Of a stretch of DNA of 55,329 nucleotides, positions 1 to 10,104 are shown one piece after another (position 1 is the first letter of the stretch; every line of letters begins with the position of its first letter). Source of the stretch: Ferruginibacter sp. (GTDB lineage Bacteria; Bacteroidota; Bacteroidia; Chitinophagales; Chitinophagaceae); contig DAOQRQ010000001.1 in assembly GCA_035355815.1 (NCBI GenBank), forward strand, positions 1,664-56,992, written 5' to 3'. The position numbers and the translations under genes are program-made. The notes beneath the pieces were generated by a model. The model did not search any database. It was given only the letters and a program-made list of their open reading frames with translations, and was not told the DNA's origin.

Positions 1-61
1 ACCCTTTGGCCATTGCATAAAGATAACGCTAAGCAGCATAAAAGAATGTGAAAGAAGCGGG

Positions 62-1012
62 CTATTCTTCGCTGGCCTTTTTCAAAATTTCTTTTTCTTC
101 CCTGGTAAGATGACTGTATCCCTTCTGGCTGATCTTATCAAGAATTTCATCAACCCGCTGTTGGGTTATATTGGATGTTTTATGAAAAGGACTCCGGTTT
201 CCGGTATTATAAAAGACCTTTTCTTTTACAGAATAGTTCTTCCTGCTTTTATCGGGGTTGAAAAGGTTAACCCCCCAATGATAGAAACGATTCATCCAAA
301 CACTCCCATCAATTTTTTTCTTCAGCAACAAAACAAATAAAAGCCCGGCAAGCGCTCCGCCCGCATGTGCAAGGGGATAAGCGATGGGCAACCGGGAAAC
401 TGCCAGCAGGTCGATGCCGGTATACACAACAGTAATGATCCAAAGCGGTATGCCCCCATTGATATGACTAAAAAATCGATAGCCCGGTGATATCATAGTT
501 GCTGCCAGGGCCACGGCCATCACAGCCGGGTTGGCGCCAAGCAGCCACAAATTATCAACAGTACCGGCAGAAGCAGGTGTTAAGTTTCCCACTGCAATGA
601 AAAACAGGGCGCCGGCAAATCCGCCATATAAATATACCGGGATGAGTTTACTGTTACCGGTAAGCGCCTGCAGTACAGAACCGAAAGCCCATAACCAAAG
701 CATATTGCTGATCAGGCGAAACGGAATGATGCGGCCTGCAGGGGCTGTATCGCTGAACATGTAGGTAAGAATTGTCCAGGGCCGTTCGGCCAGTTTACCG
801 GCACCGGCCGGCAATTGAAACCAGGTCAATACATCTGAATAGAAGGCGTCGCCGGAATTACTGTTCACCGAAACCGCTGTTCGGATCACGAGCAGCACGA
901 GGAAGAAGATGATATTAAGCGCAAAAAGCCACATCAGCGCATTGCCCGGCTGGCCCAATGTAAACCGGTGCTTTTTTATTTTGTACTCCTGGTAGCGGTC
1001 TGCTTCACCCAT
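62..1012 (-). CDS. Rhomboid-family membrane protein with soluble C-terminal tail (DUF6576-like); probably catalytically inactive
   Basis: Multi-TM rhomboid layout (PWTILTYMF, YLYGGFAG, AHAGG) and C-terminal VDEILDKISQKGYSHLTREEKEIL. GxSG is replaced by GANP. Start moved to ATG 1012 (MGEAD), which follows a TACTTTTG box and removes the overlap with the upstream gene. Confidence 0.85.
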   Translation of the reverse strand: MGEADRYQEYKIKKHRFTLGQPGNALMWLFALNIIFFLVLLVIRTAVSVNSNSGDAFYSDVLTWFQLPAGAGKLAERPWTILTYMFSDTAPAGRIIPFRLISNMLWLWAFGSVLQALTGNSKLIPVYLYGGFAGALFFIAVGNLTPASAGTVDNLWLLGANPAVMAVALAATMISPGYRFFSHINGGIPLWIITVVYTGIDLLAVSRLPIAYPLAHAGGALAGLLFVLLLKKKIDGSVWMNRFYHWGVNLFNPDKSRKNYSVKEKVFYNTGNRSPFHKTSNITQQRVDEILDKISQKGYSHLTREEKEILKKASEE

Positions 1013-1071
1013 GATAATAATAAACTTGGTATAACAAAAGTACAAACAGTTGCTGCAACCGTTTGTCAGGT

Positions 1072-1758
1072 TTAATAGAAAGTTTTTTTGTTGGTCCTGT
1101 TCCATATCAGCACCAGGACAAAGCCCATTGCCAACCCGCCCAGGTGAGCAAAGTGGGCGATATTGCTGCCGGTGGAATATACCCCGCCAAAAAAGTCGAT
1201 GGCAGCCATGCCGGCTACGGCATACTTGGCTTTTATGGGAATAGGTATAAAGAGTATGAACAGTTCCGTATTGGGGAAAAGGTATGCAAAGCCGGCAAAA
1301 ATACCCATGATAGCGCCCGAAGCTCCTACCGTATATGCTTTGCGGAGAAGGAACTGGTATTGTGCCTGTGTATCGGGATCAAGTAAGGCGTGGTCGATAT
1401 CCCAAAATTGATAGCTGTAATGACCCAGTTGTGCAAAGCCGGCAGCCAGCCCGCACACAATGTAAAACAGCAAGAACCGTTTTGGCCCCCAAACCCTTTC
1501 CAGCATAGTGCCAAACATCCATAAACCAAACATGTTAAACAGCAAATGTGAGGGCGAGCCGTGCATGAACATATGTGTTACGATCTGCACCGGCTTGAAC
1601 ACGTCTGATTTATAGTGATGCAGCGCAAACATATCTGCCACATTGTTCGGTTCAGCACCTCCTCCTATGAAAACCTGTGCCAGGTATACAAGCACGTTTA
1701 ATATTATTAAATTCAACACCACCGGTGTTGTTCTTTGAAAATTATTTCCGTATGACAT
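1072..1758 (-). CDS. Rhomboid intramembrane serine protease
   Basis: HMFMHG..HLLFNM, catalytic GASG and AHFAHLGG motifs are intact. Confidence 0.92.
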   Translation of the reverse strand: MSYGNNFQRTTPVVLNLIILNVLVYLAQVFIGGGAEPNNVADMFALHHYKSDVFKPVQIVTHMFMHGSPSHLLFNMFGLWMFGTMLERVWGPKRFLLFYIVCGLAAGFAQLGHYSYQFWDIDHALLDPDTQAQYQFLLRKAYTVGASGAIMGIFAGFAYLFPNTELFILFIPIPIKAKYAVAGMAAIDFFGGVYSTGSNIAHFAHLGGLAMGFVLVLIWNRTNKKTFY

Positions 1759-1781
1759 TATACAAATTTAGCGGTTATATC

Positions 1782-3185
1782 CTATTTCAGTTTCAGCAAT
1801 ACCACGCACTCAATATGATGGGTATGGGGGAACATATCCACCGGCTGAATTTTTTCCACCGAATATTTTTCATTCAGCAGGGCTATGTCCCTGGCCTGTG
1901 TGGCCGTATTACAACTAACGTACACGATGGTAGGGGCTGCTATCTCCAGCAACTTGTTCACCAGTTTTTCGTGCATGCCGGCCCGGGGCGGATCGGTGAT
2001 GATCACATCGGGCCTGCCGTGTGTGGCAAAAAATTCGTCGTTGCATATTTTGATCACATCGCCGGTAAAAAATTCAGCATGATGAATATTGTTGAGCGCT
2101 GCATTTTCTTTCGCATCTTCAATGGCTTCTTCAATCACTTCCACCCCGATTACTTTTTTTGCCAGCCCGCTCACAAATATGCCGATGCTGCCCGTACCGC
2201 AATAAAGATCATACACGATCTCGTTGCCGGTAAGCCCGGCAAAATCACGGGCAATGCGGTATAGTTTTTCCGCCTGCCTGGTGTTGGTTTGAAAAAAGGA
2301 TTTGGCCGATATTTTAAACAGATAATTCTCCAGTTTTTCAATGGCATAGCCTTTACCGGAATACACCTGTGGGGTAAGATCATAAATACTGTCGTTCCAT
2401 TTTGGATTGATGGTGTACAGCAGCGTGGTTATTTCCGGCACCTGTTTCAACAAATGATCAAACAGTTTTTCCCGGTCTTCCTCCGCATCGTAATTCAGGC
2501 AAATGTTCAGCATCAGTTCGCCCGTGGTACATAAGCGTATGATGATATTACGAAGCCAGCCTGTATGCTGCCGTATATCGTAAAAAGTGAAATTATTTTC
2601 CAGGGCAAAAGAACGGATGGTATTGCGGATGCGGTTGTTTACATCGTCCATCAGGTAGCAGGTTTCAATGTCGATCACTTTATCAAAGATCCTCGGCACG
2701 TGAAAACCCAGGGCGTTTTCCTGTATGATGACGCCCGACTCCATTTCTCCGGGCAGTAAATACCGTTTGTTGCTGAACGTAAACTCCAGTTTATTCCGGT
2801 AGTGAATACTGTCATCCCCACCAACAATCGGCAGGATACCCGGCAGTTCCGTTTTACCAATGCGCCGCAGGTTCTGTTCAACTTCCTGTTGTTTATACTC
2901 CAGTTGTTTTTGATAAGGCAGCATTTGCCATTTGCATCCGCCGCAGGTGCCAAAGTGTTTGCAAAAGGGTTCTACCCGTTCGGCAGAAAATTCCTTTATC
3001 TGTAATGCCCGGCCTTCGGCCCAGTCTTTTTTGTTTTTGGTAAGCAGGATATCGGCCACGTCGCCGGGTACGGCCCCCGAAATAAAGATCACTTTTCCAT
3101 CCAGCCTTGCCAGCGCCCGGCCTTCGGCAGCATAGCCGGTAACGGGGATGTTTTCCAGTACCTGTTTTTTATTTTTCTTTCGCAC
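1782..3185 (-). CDS. rlmD: 23S rRNA (uracil-C5)-methyltransferase RlmD
   Basis: N-terminal TRAM domain, Fe-S motif CKHFGTCGGC, SFFQTN, DLYCGTGSIG, DPPRAG, YVSCN, DMFPHT. GTG start. Confidence 0.93.
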   Translation of the reverse strand: MRKKNKKQVLENIPVTGYAAEGRALARLDGKVIFISGAVPGDVADILLTKNKKDWAEGRALQIKEFSAERVEPFCKHFGTCGGCKWQMLPYQKQLEYKQQEVEQNLRRIGKTELPGILPIVGGDDSIHYRNKLEFTFSNKRYLLPGEMESGVIIQENALGFHVPRIFDKVIDIETCYLMDDVNNRIRNTIRSFALENNFTFYDIRQHTGWLRNIIIRLCTTGELMLNICLNYDAEEDREKLFDHLLKQVPEITTLLYTINPKWNDSIYDLTPQVYSGKGYAIEKLENYLFKISAKSFFQTNTRQAEKLYRIARDFAGLTGNEIVYDLYCGTGSIGIFVSGLAKKVIGVEVIEEAIEDAKENAALNNIHHAEFFTGDVIKICNDEFFATHGRPDVIITDPPRAGMHEKLVNKLLEIAAPTIVYVSCNTATQARDIALLNEKYSVEKIQPVDMFPHTHHIECVVLLKLK

Positions 3186-3314
3186 GGGGGCAAAAATACC
3201 GCTTAAATCATCCCGATTCGTTTTGTTAACGATTTGTAATTGTTAAACCCGGCCGGCCCCTTCCGGTGAAGAATAACCGGCGATTTTAAATACATTTGCT
3301 ATCCTTTAATCACC

Positions 3315-4760
3315 ATGAAAAAATACTATACACTCCTTCTTGCCCTTGTTGTTTTTAAGACCGGCATTGGCCAGGGTTACCAGGTAACGCTTAACACACC
3401 CGATTATAAGAGCGGCATCACGTACCTTACTTATTACATGGGCAGCAATTTTAATGTGGCCGATTCGGCTGCCATCAGCAATAAGGGTACGGCTGTTTTT
3501 AAAGGATCAACCAAATTACCCCCGGGTATCTATGCTGTTTTTTTGCCCGGAAACAGGCAGCGTGCTGAGTTCTTAATTGACAAGGAACAGGTAATATCCA
3601 TAACCGTCGACAGCACCGATCTGATCAATAAAACCGTAGTTACCGGTTCCAAAGAAAACATCCTGTATGAACAGTACCAGAAATTTGCCGCATCAAAAGG
3701 AAGGCAGATACAAACAGAGCGTAACGCATACCTTTCATCGCAAACAAAGGAAGATTCGCTGCTGCACGAAAAGAATTACAACCAGTACAACAGGCAACTG
3801 AACGAATACCGGGAGGGCATCATTAAAAACCAGCCGAACTCTATGATGGCTGCCTTGCTTAAAGCTATGAAGGAGCCGCCCGTACCAATAACGATCCCGG
3901 TAACCAAACAAGACTCCCTCAATAATTACTACGAATACAAAAGCCATTACTGGGACGGCATCACTTTCATGGACGACCGCATCATAAGAACCCCTTTCTT
4001 TTTAAGAAAGCTGGAGCGCTATTACCGGGAAGTAATATCGCCCGCAGCCGACAGCATCATCAGGGATGTGGATTATAAATTATTGCTGGCCCGGTCGGCT
4101 CCGGAAATGTATAAGTTCCTGCTTAACTGGCTTACCGATGAATACATCAATCCAAAATACATGGGGCAGGATGCGGTTTTTGTTCACTTGTTTGAAAAAT
4201 ACCATAGCAAGGGCCTTACCAAATGGCTTAATGAAAGCCAGCTGGATGCCATCAGCCGAAGGGCCTATATGCTTATGTCGAACCTGATCGGTGATAAGGC
4301 CGCCGACCTGGAAATGCTGGATACCGACAACAAGCCGTCTTCGCTTTATAATGTACAGGCCGATTACACGGTTGTATGTTTCTGGGATCCCAACTGCGGG
4401 CATTGCAAAGAAGTGGTTCCAAAACTTGACTCCGTTTATAAAGCAGGCTGGAAGAATCATAACGTAAAAATATTCGGCGTTCTTACCCCCGATGGAAAAG
4501 ATGCCAATGTAATGCCGGCCTGGAAGGATTTCATATCCAGCCGTGGCCTGGGCGAATGGGTACATGTTTATCAAACCAAAGAAACAGAAGCAAAGAATGT
4601 GGCCGAACAAAGGCCCAGCTTCCGCCAGTTATATGATGTTACCATGACCCCTACCTTGTTCCTGCTGGATAAAGAAAAACGCATCATTGCAAAAAAACTT
4701 ACCTGGGAACAACTCAACGACCTGCTGGAGGTGAAATGGAAATCGCCTTCTTCGAACTAA
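3315..4760 (+). CDS. Exported multidomain protein with C-terminal TlpA/thioredoxin-like domain (DUF5106-type architecture)
   Basis: Signal peptide, FWDPNCGHC CxxC motif and TPTLFLLD cis-Pro loop. Confidence 0.8.
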   Translation: MKKYYTLLLALVVFKTGIGQGYQVTLNTPDYKSGITYLTYYMGSNFNVADSAAISNKGTAVFKGSTKLPPGIYAVFLPGNRQRAEFLIDKEQVISITVDSTDLINKTVVTGSKENILYEQYQKFAASKGRQIQTERNAYLSSQTKEDSLLHEKNYNQYNRQLNEYREGIIKNQPNSMMAALLKAMKEPPVPITIPVTKQDSLNNYYEYKSHYWDGITFMDDRIIRTPFFLRKLERYYREVISPAADSIIRDVDYKLLLARSAPEMYKFLLNWLTDEYINPKYMGQDAVFVHLFEKYHSKGLTKWLNESQLDAISRRAYMLMSNLIGDKAADLEMLDTDNKPSSLYNVQADYTVVCFWDPNCGHCKEVVPKLDSVYKAGWKNHNVKIFGVLTPDGKDANVMPAWKDFISSRGLGEWVHVYQTKETEAKNVAEQRPSFRQLYDVTMTPTLFLLDKEKRIIAKKLTWEQLNDLLEVKWKSPSSN

Positions 4761-4772
4761 AACAAACTGCTG

Positions 4773-6704
4773 ATGAAAAAATTGTGTTTACTATTTGTAC
4801 TTGGTATTACTGCTGCTTCTGCTTTTTCGCAGGCCCTGTTTACTTACGGCAACAAATCGGTTGATAAGGAAGAATTCCTGCGGGCATACAACAAGAACAA
4901 GACCCCGGTTACAGATAAAGAAAAGGCGCTGAGGGAATACCTTGACCTGTATATAAAATTCAAACTAAAAGTAAATGCCGCCCTGGATATGAAGCTGGAC
5001 ACACTGCCACAGCTTCAATACGATGCCCAGAGTTTCCGCACACAGATCGAAGACAGTTATCTCAATAATGAAAAAGCGCTCAATGTTTTGCTGGATGAAG
5101 CCTTCAACAGAAGCCAGAAAGACCTCCATGTACTGCATTTCTTTGCTGCCATCACTAATACAGCTAAGCCCGAGGATACTGCAAAAGCATATAAGGCAAT
5201 TTCCGGTTTATATACTTCGCTGCATGCCGGAGCAACAGATTACAATAAACTGGTAGAAGCTGCCGGCGCAGAAAATGTGCGCCAGTCGGATATTGGTTTT
5301 GTCACCGCTTTCTCCCTTCCGTACGAATACGAGAACATCATTTATGGTTTAGACAAAGGCCAGGTAAGCAAGCCCTACCGGTCAAAGAACGGTTGGCATA
5401 TATTTAAAGTGGTGGAAGAAAGAAAGGCTGTTGGTAAATGGAAGATCGCCCAGATACTGCTTGCCGTGCCGCCGGAGCAACAAGAAGTTAACAGGCCAAT
5501 CCTGGAAAAAAGAGCCGACTCGATCTATCAATTGCTTCAGAAAGGCGCCGATTTTGGTGCTATGGCAAAGCGGTTCAGCGATGATAAATTAACCTATGGC
5601 AACAACGGCGAGGTTCCTGAGTTTGGTTCGGGCAGGTACCAGGTGTCTTTTGAAAACGAGATATTCAAACTCAGTCGCGACGGCGAGATCGGCAAACCCT
5701 TTCTTTCCGATTACGGCTACCATATTGTAAAAAGGATATCGCATACCCCCGTATCAACAGACCGTAATGATGCGGCTTACCTGTTTGAACTGAAACAAAA
5801 GGTACAGCAGGATACAAGGATAAATATTGCAAAAGACCTTTTTGTAAAAGAAGTGCAGAAACAGGTAAGTTTTAAAAAGACCGGCTCTGTTTCTGAACAG
5901 GACCTGTTTCGTTATGCCGACAGCGTCGTGAAAAACAGCGGGTCCGAAACAAGTGCTTATCCAATAAGCAATAAAGCTGTTTATAGTTTTGCCAAAACCA
6001 AGATCACCGGGAAAGAGTGGCTTGATTTTATAAGGAACTATAAAGGCAATGCAGAGCTTTATCAAAATGAAAGTAATGCGGCGCTGCTTGATAAATTCAT
6101 TTCCACTGCCACATTAGATTATTATAAAAAACACCTGGAAGATTTTAATACCGAGTTCAGGTACCAGATGCAGGAGTTCCGCGACGGCAATGTGCTTTTT
6201 GAAGTGATGGAAAGAAACGTGTGGGGAAATGCCGCCGCCGACACAGCCGCTTTAGCAAAACATTACAACGCAAACAAAGGCAAATATTTGTGGACGGCCA
6301 GTGCCGATATCATTCTTTTCAATGGATTTAATAAGACCATTGCCAACGGGGCAAGAGAAGCGCTGAAGAGTGGTACCGACTGGAAAAAGATCGTAGAAGA
6401 ATCCAATAATGGCATACAGGCCGACTCCGGAAGATTTGAGCTTTCGCAAATACCCATTGCCATTGATGCGAAACTTCCGGCGGGAACTATTACAGAAGTA
6501 ACGATAAATCCACAGGATGGTTCTGCGGGTTTTGCAAAAGTGATACGCCAGTACGGCGAAGGCATGCAGCGCAGTTTTGAGGAAGCCAGGGGATTGGTGA
6601 TAAACGATTATCAAAACATCCTGGAAGAAAAATGGATCAATGAATTAAGAAAAAAATACCCGGTAAAAATAAACGAACCTGTTTTCCAGTCGCTGCTGAA
6701 ATAA
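4773..6704 (+). CDS. Periplasmic parvulin-type peptidyl-prolyl isomerase (SurA-like)
   Basis: Signal peptide and two parvulin domains (SKNGWHIFKV; GADFGAMAKRFSDD ... YGYHIVK). Confidence 0.85.
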   Translation: MKKLCLLFVLGITAASAFSQALFTYGNKSVDKEEFLRAYNKNKTPVTDKEKALREYLDLYIKFKLKVNAALDMKLDTLPQLQYDAQSFRTQIEDSYLNNEKALNVLLDEAFNRSQKDLHVLHFFAAITNTAKPEDTAKAYKAISGLYTSLHAGATDYNKLVEAAGAENVRQSDIGFVTAFSLPYEYENIIYGLDKGQVSKPYRSKNGWHIFKVVEERKAVGKWKIAQILLAVPPEQQEVNRPILEKRADSIYQLLQKGADFGAMAKRFSDDKLTYGNNGEVPEFGSGRYQVSFENEIFKLSRDGEIGKPFLSDYGYHIVKRISHTPVSTDRNDAAYLFELKQKVQQDTRINIAKDLFVKEVQKQVSFKKTGSVSEQDLFRYADSVVKNSGSETSAYPISNKAVYSFAKTKITGKEWLDFIRNYKGNAELYQNESNAALLDKFISTATLDYYKKHLEDFNTEFRYQMQEFRDGNVLFEVMERNVWGNAAADTAALAKHYNANKGKYLWTASADIILFNGFNKTIANGAREALKSGTDWKKIVEESNNGIQADSGRFELSQIPIAIDAKLPAGTITEVTINPQDGSAGFAKVIRQYGEGMQRSFEEARGLVINDYQNILEEKWINELRKKYPVKINEPVFQSLLK

Positions 6705-6726
6705 TGACATTTCTGTTACAAATTTT

Positions 6727-6761
6727 AAAACCTGCCTTCGCAAACTGTTGGCAGGTTTTTT
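6727..6761 (+). terminator. Intrinsic terminator after PPIase gene
   Basis: AAAACCTGCC-13 nt-GGCAGGTTTTTT. Confidence 0.7.
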
Positions 6762-6852
6762 GCGTATATGGGGTGAATAACAAACAAGGCTTCTGAATTA
6801 TGCCCCTGCTGCATATTCGCTGACCTATTACCTTACCTAAAACACATGAAAT

Positions 6853-7542
6853 ATGAAAACAGTATTAACAGGGTTTCTATTGACTTTATTTTCCGTTATT
6901 AACGCAGACGCCCAGATATACCTGCAGGGTGGTTTAAATCTTGCCAACATCACAAAAACAAATGACGGTCAAACAGAAAAGAACAATATCCTTCCGTCGT
7001 TTAATGCAGGGATCATGGGACGCTGGGGTTTATCAAAAGAGCTGGACATTGAAACAGGGCTTTTGTTTACTGGTCACGGATCAAAGGCAGAAACTTATTT
7101 CAATGGAGGGAATGATTATGTAAAATCAAAATTTAATCCGTACTATATACAGGCGCCGTTAAATGTGGTGATAAAAATTCCCGTTAATAAAACTTCCGGG
7201 GTGTTTTTTCATGCTGGGCCTTATATAGCCATTGGTGTTACCGGCAGGTCAAAGATGGAGTCTAAGATCGGTCCGCTTACCTCTTCTTCTTCCCGCAGTA
7301 TATCATTCAGCAACGACGATCCGTTTACTTCGCAGCAGGACGATGCCGCATACGATAAACTCAAGCGCTTTGATTATGGTTTGAATGCAGGCGCCGGCTT
7401 TGAATTTGAACACCTGATATTAAAAGTGAACTACGGGCTTGGCCTGGCGAAAATAAATTCAACAGAAAGCAACAACTCCCAAAACGATAAGAATAAATAC
7501 CGGACGCTCAGTTTTTCAGCAGGCATTCCCCTGGGAAAATAA
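6853..7542 (+). CDS. Outer-membrane beta-barrel protein (porin family / PorT-like)
   Basis: Signal peptide and alternating amphipathic strands (GGLNLANI, YIQAPLN, FHAGPYIAIG, FDYGLNAGAG, YGLGL). Confidence 0.75.
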   Translation: MKTVLTGFLLTLFSVINADAQIYLQGGLNLANITKTNDGQTEKNNILPSFNAGIMGRWGLSKELDIETGLLFTGHGSKAETYFNGGNDYVKSKFNPYYIQAPLNVVIKIPVNKTSGVFFHAGPYIAIGVTGRSKMESKIGPLTSSSSRSISFSNDDPFTSQQDDAAYDKLKRFDYGLNAGAGFEFEHLILKVNYGLGLAKINSTESNNSQNDKNKYRTLSFSAGIPLGK

Positions 7543-7563
7543 TTAGCCCTTTTGATGAAAACT

Positions 7564-7593
7564 AAAAACCCTCTTGTTTGAAGAGGGTTTTTT
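7564..7593. terminator. Bidirectional intrinsic terminator between convergent porin gene and metF
   Basis: AAAAACCCTCTT-gtttg-AAGAGGGTTTTTT. Confidence 0.85.
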
Positions 7594-7596
7594 ATT

Positions 7597-8550
7597 TTAG
7601 AAAAGTTGCTTTACCACGTTACTAACAATATTCGGCCTGCCCAATGTATAATAGTGCAGGATGGGAACGCCTGATTTTTTCAGTTCCCTGGACTGGGTGA
7701 GCAGCCATTCGGTTCCTACCTCTTCCACCGCTTCGGGTGTTTTGCATTTTAGTATCTCGCTGCTCAATGCCACCGGAAGGTCTATATGAAATACTTTAGG
7801 AAGCATCGTCAATTGGTTAACACTGTAAATTGGCTTTAGTCCCGGAATGATGGGAACGTTGATCCCTGCTTCGCGGCAGGCTTTTACAAACGCAAAAAAT
7901 TTTTCATTGTCGAAGAACATCTGTGTTACTATATAATCGGCTCCCATATCCACTTTTTTCTTCAGGTAGTGCAGGTCGCTTTCCATATTGGGCGCTTCAA
8001 AATGTTTTTCGGGGTAACCGGCCACGCCGATACAGAATTTTGTTCTGCTCGTATTCTTCAGGTCTTCTTCCAGGTAAATGCCCGAGTTAAGGTCAACCAC
8101 CTGTTTTAAAAGATCGCTGGCATATTTATGGCCGCCGGGTTCGGGCAGAAAGGCCGTTTCATTCTTCGCCGCATCGCCCCGAAGCACCAGTACATTATCA
8201 ATTCCCAGGTAATGCAGGTTGATAAGCGCATCTTCTGTTTCATTTATATCAAACCCGCCGCAGATAAGATGCGGCACGGTATCCACGCTGTACTTATTCA
8301 TAATGGCCGCACAAATACTTTCAGTGCCCGGACGTTTACGTATCACTACTTTCTGAAAACTGCCATCGGCATTTTTCTTAAATACGTGTTCGCTGCGGTG
8401 ATAGGTTACGTTGATATAAGCCGGCTTGTATTCCATCAGCGGATCAAGGTGCTGGTACAACGATTGAATACCTTTTCCTTTAAGCGGGGGCAGTATCTCA
8501 AAAGAAACGAGCGTGTCTTTCGCCTCTGCAATATGGTCTGTTACTTTCAT
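7597..8550 (-). CDS. metF: Methylenetetrahydrofolate reductase
   Basis: SFEILPP, VPHLICGG, LVLRGD, VAGYPEKH, TQMFFD, HYYTLG. Confidence 0.95.
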   Translation of the reverse strand: MKVTDHIAEAKDTLVSFEILPPLKGKGIQSLYQHLDPLMEYKPAYINVTYHRSEHVFKKNADGSFQKVVIRKRPGTESICAAIMNKYSVDTVPHLICGGFDINETEDALINLHYLGIDNVLVLRGDAAKNETAFLPEPGGHKYASDLLKQVVDLNSGIYLEEDLKNTSRTKFCIGVAGYPEKHFEAPNMESDLHYLKKKVDMGADYIVTQMFFDNEKFFAFVKACREAGINVPIIPGLKPIYSVNQLTMLPKVFHIDLPVALSSEILKCKTPEAVEEVGTEWLLTQSRELKKSGVPILHYYTLGRPNIVSNVVKQLF

Positions 8551-8604
8551 CTGTTCAATTAAAATGCAAACTTACTTAAGTGGAGGCTAAAATGAACAGC
8601 GTGT

Positions 8605-9228
8605 TTAGTAAACGATCTGGTCCAGGAACAGGGAGCTGTGTTTGTACCAGAAAAAACCAACAATGGCACGGTTGCGGTATTGTGTTTTCCATACGATCCA
8701 GGCGTTCTTATTATACCAGATCAGGTCAACCCGTAAATTAGACCTGTATCCTTCGTAGTAGTTGAGTGGTATGTTTCCAATACCTGTTGCTGTGGTGTCT
8801 TTCATGGTTCTTACATAAAAGGTTTCCGGAAACCCGTCATTGTAAGTATTGTAAACGTCGCCCACCGAGGCCGGTTCCTTGCAAAACAGGCTAACATTAT
8901 TACCTGTGTATTGGTACAATCCGTCGGCCTTCGGCTGCATCAGCCAAACTGTTGTATCTGTATTTACATCTACGATCCTCAGCCATTTCTGCCCGGCAAT
9001 GGTATCCTCGCTCTTTGCCTTAAAGGTCATGATGCTGGCCTGGTAAAGGCTCCCGTCTTGGTGAAAGATATAATACCGGTACGTCCAGGTTGTGCCTACC
9101 CTGGGCGTGAGCGTTGTTGGGTTAACGCCTCCCTGGAACACGGTTCCGTCTATTTCTTTCTGGCACGAAATCATGGTCACTGCTGAAAGAAGGACGAATA
9201 AAATAACGGTGTTGATCCTGTTATACAT
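8605..9228 (-). CDS. Lipoprotein of unknown function (paralog A)
   Basis: Lipobox MISC followed by QKEID; Tyr/Thr-rich beta-type body; clear paralog of the next gene. Confidence 0.8.
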   Translation of the reverse strand: MYNRINTVILFVLLSAVTMISCQKEIDGTVFQGGVNPTTLTPRVGTTWTYRYYIFHQDGSLYQASIMTFKAKSEDTIAGQKWLRIVDVNTDTTVWLMQPKADGLYQYTGNNVSLFCKEPASVGDVYNTYNDGFPETFYVRTMKDTTATGIGNIPLNYYEGYRSNLRVDLIWYNKNAWIVWKTQYRNRAIVGFFWYKHSSLFLDQIVY

Positions 9229-9282
9229 CTTTCCTGTTTTACCGATGACCTGTATTGATCAAAGTAATTACCAAAAGAATAC

Positions 9283-9930
9283 CTAGAATGTGATCTGGTC
9301 GAGGAATAAGGCGCTGTGTTTATACCATACGGGGGGAGGTATTAACGACCGGTTCCGGTACTGCAGCTTCCGTACAATCCAGGCATTGTTGTTGTACCAG
9401 ATCAGGTCTATGCGTATACCCGATTTAAACCCCTCGTAATAATTTGTCAGCACATTTCCAATGCCGGTTGGAAGTGTATCGTTCACCGTTTGTACATAAA
9501 AGGTTTCTGCCGCTCCTTCATTATAGGTAATATAATTGTCGCCTGCCGATGCCGGGTATTTACAAAACATATTTGAGTTGCTGTTTGCATACTGGTATAA
9601 TCCATCTGTTTTTGCCTGCAAATAATAAACTGTTGTGTCTGTGTTTACATCTACTATCTTCAGCCATTTTTCACCGGCGATCGTCTCTTCGGTTTTTGCA
9701 CGGTGCGTCATGATACTGGCCTGGTAAAGACTTCCATCCTGGTGATAAATATAATAGCGATACGTCCAGGTAGTACCAACCTTGGGCTTTTGATTTGTGG
9801 GAAAAGGATTAATGACGCCACCGCCGCCACCGCTGCCAGTGAGGGTTCCGTCTATTTCTTTCTGACACGAAACCAGCGTTATTACCGAAATAATAAAGAA
9901 AAAAAGCAACCCTCCTGTTCTTTTGTACAT
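9283..9930 (-). CDS. Lipoprotein of unknown function (paralog B)
   Basis: Lipobox LVSC followed by QKEID, Gly linker, and the VGTTWTYRYYIxHQDGSLYQASIMT block shared with paralog A. Confidence 0.8.
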   Translation of the reverse strand: MYKRTGGLLFFFIISVITLVSCQKEIDGTLTGSGGGGGVINPFPTNQKPKVGTTWTYRYYIYHQDGSLYQASIMTHRAKTEETIAGEKWLKIVDVNTDTTVYYLQAKTDGLYQYANSNSNMFCKYPASAGDNYITYNEGAAETFYVQTVNDTLPTGIGNVLTNYYEGFKSGIRIDLIWYNNNAWIVRKLQYRNRSLIPPPVWYKHSALFLDQITF

Positions 9931-10104
9931 GTACCCCTGTTTTGGTGATGATTTGGCAAATAAATATACTTAAAAAGCGGCGTATGCAGCACTTTGCCGG
10001 GTAAGAGGGCGAACCTTTTTATAACGCTGCTCACAATGGGCTGTTAATTATTCCACCGGTTCCTGTCGTTTGATGCTTTATCTTATTTTTGCTGCAAATA
10101 TTTC

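Noticed and set aside
8551-8604. SAM riboswitch upstream of metF
   Set aside because: The -7 box (TAAGTTTG) lies ~16 nt from the ATG, leaving no room for an aptamer.
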